64,000 bases of DNA from Chloroflexota bacterium (GTDB lineage Bacteria > Chloroflexota > Dehalococcoidia > Lucifugimonadales > UBA3495): positions 17,606 through 81,605 of the forward strand of contig JAQBVF010000015.1 in NCBI GenBank assembly GCA_027623675.1. The letters are read 5' to 3'. The notes beneath the pieces are model-generated. The model was not told the DNA's origin. It saw only the letters and a list, made by a program, of their open reading frames with translations, and ran no database searches. Every line of letters starts with the position of its first letter. Positions within the stretch are counted from its first letter, which is position 1. The position numbers and the translations under genes are program-made. Shown here piece after piece: positions 57,254 to 64,000 of this stretch.

Positions 57254-59314
57254 CTATTTCGGTTCTAAGAGCAGATTCCCGTATGGGTCCACCACTCCGC
57301 CCCAAGCGGGCGGCACCACGGTGGTGGAGTCCATCTGGATGACCAAAGCAGGCCCCACGATTCGGTTGCCACAGGTCAGTTGCTCCCTCTGGTACAGCGG
57401 CGAAAGTGTCGCCCCTGCCGGGTTGGCGGCGTCTTCTTGAAAGACGACCTCTGCCTCGCCGATCTGGGCCGCTGACGGGTCGGCGCCGCCGGCGTTCTGG
57501 GCAGCGACCTTGGGTTTCTCCATGGCCACTTCCAGCTTGAGGCGTAGGTTCACCACCTGGACCGGCTCGCTCCGGTCGGCGTACCCGAACCGCCGCAGGT
57601 GGGCCTTGTAGAAACTATCGCTAATGACCTTGGTCAGGGCCGTCTTGGTGTTTCTGCCGGGATATTCAACGGTCAACTCAAACGACTGCCCAACATAGCG
57701 GACATCCAGATAGCGCCGGGCAGTCATCTTGTCCAGGGACAAACCTTCGCCGGCCATATCGGCCCTGGCTTGCCCTTCCATGCCGTGGAATTCCTCGTCC
57801 AACCGGGTCCGGTCCAGGTCATCGCCCCGGAGCATGACCGTGCGCGAATAGTCCTTGACGATGTCGGCAATGGCCACGCCCAAGGCCGAGAGGATACCGG
57901 GGCGGGAAGGCACCATCACCCTGGGGATGCCCAATTCATGGGCCAACTCGCAGGCGTGCATGGGCCCGGCGCCACCGAAGGGCACCAGGGTGAACAGACG
58001 GGGATCATACCCGCGTTCCAGGGATATGGTCCGGATGGCCCGCTCCATCTTGGAATTTACCACCCGGTTGATGCCCAGCGCTGTCTGCTGGGCGGAGGCG
58101 TCGATCTGCCCGGCCAGGTCTTGCATCAGGCCGGTAACACGGTCTAGGTCGAGGGTCATGCGGCCGCCCAGGAAACGGTCTGGGAGAAGCCGGCCCAGCA
58201 GCAGATTGGAATCGGTCACCGTAAGCGGGCCGCCGTTCCCGTAGCACGCCGGACCGGGGTCCGCCCCCGCCGATTCCGGGCCGACCACCAAGGCGCCGCC
58301 GGAGTCTACGCGGGCGATGGAGCCGCCGCCGGCGCCAACCGTGTGGATGTCGATCATGGGCACCCCGATGGGGTATCCGCCCACATTCGCGGCGGTGGTC
58401 TCTTTGATCTCGCCCGGACACAGGGATACATCGGTGGACGTCCCGCCCATGTCCAAGGTGATGATGTCGGAATAACCGGCCTGCATGGCCGTATAGAATG
58501 CGCCGACCACGCCGCCGGCCGGGCCGCTGAGTATGGTGCGCACCGGTTCTTCGGACGCCAAACGGGCCGTGATGCTGCCTCCCGACGATTGCATGATCCG
58601 CAGGCCCTTCCCCAACGGCGCTTCCAGTTCGCCCAGGTACCGGCTCATCACCTTGCCGACGTAGGCGTTGACCACCACCGTGCTGGTCCGCTCGAACTCC
58701 CTGAATTCGGGCAGCACCCGGGACGACAGAGATATATAAGGCGGGTTCTTCAGCTTCTGGAGCGCGTTCAGGACCATTTCCTCATGGGCCTTGTTGAGGA
58801 AAGAGAACAGGAATGAGACCGCCACCGCCTCCGGCTGGCTCTCTTCCAGCAGTTCAAGCAGCGTTTGGAGCGCTTCGGGGGTGAGGTCTTCGATGATGGC
58901 GCCGGTGTGGTCGACCCTCTCCGGCAGTCCGTAGCGGAGTTCCCAAGGGGCCAACGCCGGAGCGCGGTCCATCTCCAGGTTATACAGTTCGGTGCGAGCC
59001 TGACGGCCGATCTCCAGCACGTCTTCAAAGCCCATGGTGGTTATCAGGGCGGTCCTGGCCCCTTTGCCCTCGAGCAGGGCGTTGGTGGCAACGGTTGAAC
59101 CGTGAACGAACTCGGCGGAGGTTACGCCCGTTTCCTTGATGCCCTGGAGGATGCCCTTGGAGGGGTCGCCTGGGGTTGAAGGGAGCTTGTGTACGGTCAG
59201 TCGGCCGTGTTCCAAGACTGCGATGTCGGTGAAGGTGCCTCCCACGTCGATCCCGACCACTCTTCGGTCTCCGGGTCGGGACGAGGCGGACTCAGAAGCT
59301 GGGCTTTCGGGCAT
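57254..59314 (-). CDS. Hydantoinase A / 5-oxoprolinase family protein
   Basis: GIDVGGTFTD, HGSTVATNALLE, SGPAGG, DMGGTSTD, GAGGGSIA, SAGADPGPACY. Confidence 0.95.
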   Translation of the reverse strand: MPESPASESASSRPGDRRVVGIDVGGTFTDIAVLEHGRLTVHKLPSTPGDPSKGILQGIKETGVTSAEFVHGSTVATNALLEGKGARTALITTMGFEDVLEIGRQARTELYNLEMDRAPALAPWELRYGLPERVDHTGAIIEDLTPEALQTLLELLEESQPEAVAVSFLFSFLNKAHEEMVLNALQKLKNPPYISLSSRVLPEFREFERTSTVVVNAYVGKVMSRYLGELEAPLGKGLRIMQSSGGSITARLASEEPVRTILSGPAGGVVGAFYTAMQAGYSDIITLDMGGTSTDVSLCPGEIKETTAANVGGYPIGVPMIDIHTVGAGGGSIARVDSGGALVVGPESAGADPGPACYGNGGPLTVTDSNLLLGRLLPDRFLGGRMTLDLDRVTGLMQDLAGQIDASAQQTALGINRVVNSKMERAIRTISLERGYDPRLFTLVPFGGAGPMHACELAHELGIPRVMVPSRPGILSALGVAIADIVKDYSRTVMLRGDDLDRTRLDEEFHGMEGQARADMAGEGLSLDKMTARRYLDVRYVGQSFELTVEYPGRNTKTALTKVISDSFYKAHLRRFGYADRSEPVQVVNLRLKLEVAMEKPKVAAQNAGGADPSAAQIGEAEVVFQEDAANPAGATLSPLYQREQLTCGNRIVGPALVIQMDSTTVVPPAWGGVVDPYGNLLLEPK

Positions 59315-59391
59315 GACGAGGTAAGCCTCCGAGCGAGATGGGTTGCGTAGGGATCTTCCCCACGCCGGAATACCGAGGCACGGAGCGGTTG

Positions 59392-60114
59392 CTAGTCTTC
59401 CAGAGCGATCCTGATCCGCTTATTGATCCGGCCCTTGCTCTCGTGGCCGACCACTTTGATGACGCCGACCTCGCGGGTGTTGGCGACGTGGGTGCCGCCG
59501 TCAGCCTGCAGGTCCAGGCCGTGGATATCGATGGTGCGGATTTCTTTGATGTTGGGTGGCAGCAGGTTGATCTTGGTACGGACCAGGTCCGGCACCTGAT
59601 CAGCCTCTTCCCGGGTTAGGTTGTTGATGATGATGTCACGGCCAGCGGCAACCTCGGCGTTGATCTTGGCTTCAACTTCCTGGGCGAACTCTGCCGATAG
59701 GTTCTCAAATTCAAAGTCCATTCGGGCCTCGCCAGGCTTCATGTCGCCGCCGGTGACCAGGGCCCCGTAGTCACGCCAGACCACGCCGCATAGGATGTGC
59801 AGGGCGGTATGAGTCCGCATCAGCAGATACCGCCGCTCCCAGTCGATCTTGCCAGTCACAGCCGCGCCGCTGGCGGGTAGACCAGCGGGCGTATCGCCGG
59901 ATATCTGGTGCAGGAGCTTGCCATCCACGCGCTTGATGCCGGTCACCCGGTATTCGACCTCACCGGCGGTTAGCGTGCCCGAGTCGGTGGGCTGACCGCC
60001 GCCGCCGGCATAAAAGGCGGACCGGTCCAAGACAACGCCGCCCTCGAGAACATCTGTCACGGTGGCGTCGAACTCTTTAAGGTAACTTTCGGCGTGAAAT
60101 AGCAGTTCGGTCAT
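59392..60114 (-). CDS. alaX: Alanyl-tRNA editing protein (AlaX)
   Basis: FYAGGGGQP.D.G, MRTHTALH, QADGGTHV; ATG 60114. Confidence 0.9.
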   Translation of the reverse strand: MTELLFHAESYLKEFDATVTDVLEGGVVLDRSAFYAGGGGQPTDSGTLTAGEVEYRVTGIKRVDGKLLHQISGDTPAGLPASGAAVTGKIDWERRYLLMRTHTALHILCGVVWRDYGALVTGGDMKPGEARMDFEFENLSAEFAQEVEAKINAEVAAGRDIIINNLTREEADQVPDLVRTKINLLPPNIKEIRTIDIHGLDLQADGGTHVANTREVGVIKVVGHESKGRINKRIRIALED

Positions 60115-60408
60115 TGGAACCCGTATCCTCAACATCCGCGACCGGTAAGACACGCGAAAACCAAGTTGATTTTGGCGCGGGCCTATTATATCAGACAGGG
60201 TTTTCGCCGAGGATGGGACGAATGGGCGGTCAGCGAGTCTAAAAGCCGCTAATACACGCGCCATTTTAGTTGTTTTCTAGCAGGTGGAATGACATAATAC
60301 CTTGGCTTCCCGTTAGCCGTGATTCCATGGAACTCGGCATGAGACCTCGGCTCCGGCGCAACAGGCAATATCCGGGGAGTTTACAAGTTAGTCTAAATAG
60401 ATGGGCGG

Positions 60409-61560
60409 ATGATGAAGATTTCGTGCTTGCAAGAAAACCTCAGCCGGGGATTGGCCGTGGTGGGACGCGCAGTGGCCAGCAGGGCCACGCTGCCGGTGAC
60501 CCAGAACGTGCTTCTCAGCATCGAACAATCCATGTTGAAGCTATCGGCCACCAACCTTGAGATCGCCATGACCACCTGGGTTGGAGCGAAGATCGAAGAG
60601 GAAGGCTCCATCACCGTGCCGGCCCGTCTGCTCACCGAGTTCGTCAACTCCCTGCCCAACGACACGATTGACTTGGAGCTGGACCAGGGTTCCGGCCTAT
60701 TGCGGATATCATCCGGCAGTTCCAACGGCCATATCAACACCACCGACGCCTCCGAATTCCCGCCGATACCCACGGTGGACGACGGAATAGCAGCCGAGAT
60801 CGACCCCGTAATCTTGAAGTCAGCCATCGGGCGGGTGGCATTCGCCGCCGCCACCGAAGAGTCCCGGCCGGTCCTGACCGGCGTCGAGGTCAAGCTCGAA
60901 GGAAACCGGTTCACCATGGCCGCCGCCGACGGGTTCCGTTTGGCGGTCCACCACGGAGCGCTGGTCAAAGCGGTCTCGGAGGATATGAGCGTCATCATCC
61001 CCGCCCGGACCATGAATGAGCTGAGCCGGCTGATCGGCGACCAACTGGAGCCGGTGGAGATCCTGATGACGCCGGCCAAGGGACAAGTGATGTTCCGCAT
61101 CAAGGGCGGCGACACGGTGGAGATCGTATCTCAACTGCTTCAGGGCACCTTCCCCAACTACGAGCAACTCATTCCGCAGAGCTACACCACCCGGGCGATC
61201 ATGGACCTGCCAACGATCCTCCGGGCGGCCCGGACAGCTTCCATCTTCGCCAGGGACGGCAGCAACATCATCCGGATGCACCTGATGCCGTCGGCTTCGG
61301 AGACCGAGCCTCCCAAGGTTGAGATCTCCGCCCGTTCCGAGGAAGTGGGCGACAACGAAGACATAGTCGACCTGGACGAGATCGAGGGCGAAGAGGGCAA
61401 GATCGCCTTCAACAGCCGTTACCTGCTGGACGTGCTCTCGGTGCTTGAGAAGGGCAAAGTAGCCTTGGAAACCACCACGTCCTCCAGCCCCGGCGTCTTC
61501 CGCCCCACCGACTCCGAGGAATACATCCACGTCGTGATGCCGATGTTTGTGCAATGGTAG
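60409..61560 (+). CDS. dnaN: DNA polymerase III beta clamp
   Basis: ATNLE, SRPVLTGV, AADGFRLA, GTFPNY, IAFNSRYL, VMPM. Confidence 0.97.
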   Translation: MMKISCLQENLSRGLAVVGRAVASRATLPVTQNVLLSIEQSMLKLSATNLEIAMTTWVGAKIEEEGSITVPARLLTEFVNSLPNDTIDLELDQGSGLLRISSGSSNGHINTTDASEFPPIPTVDDGIAAEIDPVILKSAIGRVAFAAATEESRPVLTGVEVKLEGNRFTMAAADGFRLAVHHGALVKAVSEDMSVIIPARTMNELSRLIGDQLEPVEILMTPAKGQVMFRIKGGDTVEIVSQLLQGTFPNYEQLIPQSYTTRAIMDLPTILRAARTASIFARDGSNIIRMHLMPSASETEPPKVEISARSEEVGDNEDIVDLDEIEGEEGKIAFNSRYLLDVLSVLEKGKVALETTTSSSPGVFRPTDSEEYIHVVMPMFVQW

Positions 61561-63055
61561 GACGTTCTACTAAGCCAGCTACCTTTACATTACCCATATC
61601 CTTAGCCGTAACCCTGACATAAAGCCGCGCCAGCACGTCGCGTTTTCCATCGAAGTCTAAGGAGTCGAACCCCTCTTTTAGGTCCAGAGACGTGTTTTCC
61701 AACGCATCAGCCGCATACTCTGCATCCCAACCAACCCGCTGTTGGTCCTCCAGCATGGTTATCTCAAGTTCGTAACGCTCGCGTGCCGTTCGCACGGGCC
61801 GGATCCGCTCCTCGATGTAATCCTGATTGACTTCGCCGCTTAAAAACAACGCTACAGCGCGCTTTTCCTGCTCGACGCAATCTTTGACCTTGCGGCGGAG
61901 ATCGTCCACTTCTTCTTGTAATTTGCCTTCATCCGACACTAAGTCATTAGCCAGATCCTGCACCATCGTCCTTGGATCGGATAACACGCGCCAGACGTCG
62001 GTCCAGACCCGGTCCTCCAGCGCTTCAGCGCGGATGTATCGCCCGCTGCAATTTGCCGGCCTAAGCGTCGTCGGCGCTGTTCCTCGGCACCGGTAGTACC
62101 GGTAGACGCCCGTTTTCGACCTCCGCATGCTGGCGCCCACCAACGGCCCTCCACAGAAACCGCACTCAGCAAAACCAGTAAGCAGATATTTTTGCTGACC
62201 GTCTTTGTTGACCCGGCCGCCTTGGCTCAATCGCCGCTGAACAGATCTGAACAACTCAGAGCCAATCAAAGGCGGAGTGAATCCTTCGACCCGAATCCAA
62301 TCAGCCTCGGGCCGCTCCTCCACCGTCCGTTTTCCGTCCTTCACAGTGGTCTTGGTCCGCCCGTAATAATCAACGCCCGTGTAAGCCTCATTGGTCAAGA
62401 TTCTCTTGATGGTAAGCGGGTGCCATTTCTTTCCCGACTTGGTCAAAACCCCTTCATCATTCAACCTAACCGCGATCTGATACCGGCTCACTCCTCCTGA
62501 CGCCCATCGGAACATCCTAAGCACCGTTTCGGACTCCGATTCGTTCACCCCCCTGGCCTTGGCGACTTTGTCGTAGTCATAACCATAAAGACCTATGCCA
62601 GTGCCATTGGGCAAACGCCCGGCCTTTGCGACAGCGAGCTTGCCCCTCTGGGTACGTTCGGCGATTTTCTCTCGCTCAACCTCCCCGATGAAAGCACGGG
62701 CAGACAAAACGAATCTTCCGACGGCGGTGTCTTCGAACTTTTCAGTCACAAAGACCAAGTGAGCATCTGCCTGCTCTACTTCGTTCAACAGAACTCCGAT
62801 GTGGTTTTGGTTTCGAGACAGGCGGTCAACGGCGTAGGCAACGACGAGGTCGATCGCTTTATCGCGAAGCAAGTCACGGATCCGGAGGATGCCCTGGCGG
62901 TTTAACTCGAACCCACTGGCCGTTTCACTGATGGTCTCGACAACTTCCCACTCTTCAGAAGCAGCAAGACCCAGGCAATTCTCTACCTGGGTCTCCAAAG
63001 AAGTGTTTTCTTCCTGGCTAGCAGTGCTGACCCTGGCGTAGATCGCTGCTCTCAT
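61409..63055 (-). CDS. Large serine recombinase (integrase)
   Basis: YARVST catalytic Ser, DRLSR, YGY, recombinase domain, CGFCG..YYRC..C zinc ribbon, coiled coil; last ~50 codons overlap dnaN antisense. Confidence 0.95.
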   Translation of the reverse strand: MRAAIYARVSTASQEENTSLETQVENCLGLAASEEWEVVETISETASGFELNRQGILRIRDLLRDKAIDLVVAYAVDRLSRNQNHIGVLLNEVEQADAHLVFVTEKFEDTAVGRFVLSARAFIGEVEREKIAERTQRGKLAVAKAGRLPNGTGIGLYGYDYDKVAKARGVNESESETVLRMFRWASGGVSRYQIAVRLNDEGVLTKSGKKWHPLTIKRILTNEAYTGVDYYGRTKTTVKDGKRTVEERPEADWIRVEGFTPPLIGSELFRSVQRRLSQGGRVNKDGQQKYLLTGFAECGFCGGPLVGASMRRSKTGVYRYYRCRGTAPTTLRPANCSGRYIRAEALEDRVWTDVWRVLSDPRTMVQDLANDLVSDEGKLQEEVDDLRRKVKDCVEQEKRAVALFLSGEVNQDYIEERIRPVRTARERYELEITMLEDQQRVGWDAEYAADALENTSLDLKEGFDSLDFDGKRDVLARLYVRVTAKDMGNVKVAGLVERPTIAQTSASRRGCIPRSRWGGRRRGWRTWWFPRLLCPSQAPRARPAGNGC

Positions 63056-63191
63056 GGCTCCTATCTCGCAAATACTCCCGTTTTTATGCTTCTACATTGG
63101 TACGGAAATCGCGCCACAGTGGCGCGATACTGATGCCATTTCTCAATCCATAATTCGCGTTTCGTTTCTGCCTCTGCTAATCACCCCGGCC

Positions 63192-63797
63192 TCACATTCT
63201 TCGGATATGGCAGACGACCCGTCCCAGCACCTGCCCGGTTACCTTCAAGTCTTCGTAGTCGTTGTTGCTCGCTCTCAATGTAATCTGGTTATTTTCGTCT
63301 ATGGTTAGGTGCTTCGCCGTCACTTCGCCATTTTCCAGCCTGACGATGTAAATCTTGTCCACTTGATACGCCGCCTCCGGATCCACTACCACGATGTCTC
63401 CGTCCCCGATGGCATCCCCTTCTAGAGAGTTCCCACTAATCTGCAACGCAAAACATTTGGGATGGTCGTGGAGAATCGCATTGTCGATAAGAACAGTGCC
63501 GAGATCTACTTCCCATGATTCTCTAGGGTTGCCCGCTGATACGTACCCTCGGACCGCAACATAACTTGTTGGCCGTTCAGCTAAACCCAGGATTATTTCC
63601 AGCGTCGTTCCATAAACCTCTGCAAGTCTTTGAATGATGCTGAGAGGGGTCTCACGTTGGTCCTTTTCATAGCGAAGTAGGCTCTGCTTTCCAATCCCTG
63701 CCTGCACCGACGCCTGGTCTTGATTGAGTCCCGCTCTATTACGGGCATCTCTAAGTGCGCCTCCGATACGAAAAGGTGTAGTTCGGTCATCATCCAT
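63192..63797 (-). CDS. CI/LexA-like repressor (XRE HTH + S24 peptidase)
   Basis: HTH (GLNQDQAS..GI....RYE), VSAG cleavage site, GNSL Ser, TAK Lys; ATG 63797 after GGAG-like sequence (track start 63863). Confidence 0.9.
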   Translation of the reverse strand: MDDDRTTPFRIGGALRDARNRAGLNQDQASVQAGIGKQSLLRYEKDQRETPLSIIQRLAEVYGTTLEIILGLAERPTSYVAVRGYVSAGNPRESWEVDLGTVLIDNAILHDHPKCFALQISGNSLEGDAIGDGDIVVVDPEAAYQVDKIYIVRLENGEVTAKHLTIDENNQITLRASNNDYEDLKVTGQVLGRVVCHIRRM

Positions 63798-63847
63798 CTC
63801 ATATCGCCTGTTTGGGGAACATATTGCAATTATATGTCCAAAGGCAG

Positions 63848-63922
63848 TTGACGTGCCAGTCATATTGGACTAGTCTATATTCCATATGGACTATTTAACT
63901 TAATTAATAATCTCCTATATGG
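63848..63922 (+). promoter_or_regulatory. Divergent (cro-type) promoter with overlapping operator-like palindromes
   Basis: TTGACG-N17-TAGTCT; agtc-atattg-gact, tccatatgga, cctatatggg. Confidence 0.55.
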
Positions 63923-64000
63923 GTAATACGGTTTGACACACCGGATAAGTCGTTTTACACTCGAACGATGGGTATCAGTATCCCGTATCTGTGGATTAAT

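Larger units (their letters stand above)
61537..64000. mobile_element. Left end of a prophage/integrative element inserted at the dnaN 3' end (continues beyond the window)
   Basis: Integrase + CI-like repressor + divergent promoter; visible drop in GC right after the dnaN stop. Confidence 0.85.

Noticed and set aside
60115..60408. oriC upstream of dnaN
   Set aside because: No dnaA gene and no cluster of TTATCCACA boxes seen.

Overview
GC-rich bacterial chromosomal window. Gene content (cofE, futalosine-type menaquinone genes, tandem dienelactone hydrolases, Mo-hydroxylase, dnaN not linked to dnaA) suggests Chloroflexota, class Dehalococcoidia (SAR202-like); this is an inference, not a search result. 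Most of the window is housekeeping or metabolic: lhr, two tRNAs, oppABC, mqnA, metF, a coxMSL-like cluster, hisAH, pduO, cofE, dinB, tetR-mmpL, prmC-prfA, menG-ubiX-mqnP-mqnL, modABC with its regulator, hydantoinase A/B, alaX and dnaN. Four items stand out. (1) A ~480 nt intergenic region (40926-41412) with no credible ORF folds by eye into about 20 nested helices and ends in an intrinsic terminator; it is a candidate large ornate ncRNA that recalls OLE RNA. (2) Just upstream, a thioredoxin-NHL gene is split in the ORF track by an in-frame TGA in its C-x-I-N-C active site and is followed by a SECIS-like hairpin, so it is probably a selenoprotein. (3) A two-gene cohesin/dockerin surface-scaffold operon has no recognisable catalytic domains. 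(4) A serine-recombinase element is inserted at the dnaN 3' end, and the integrase reading frame runs antisense into dnaN. All product calls come from motif recognition by eye; no searches were run.
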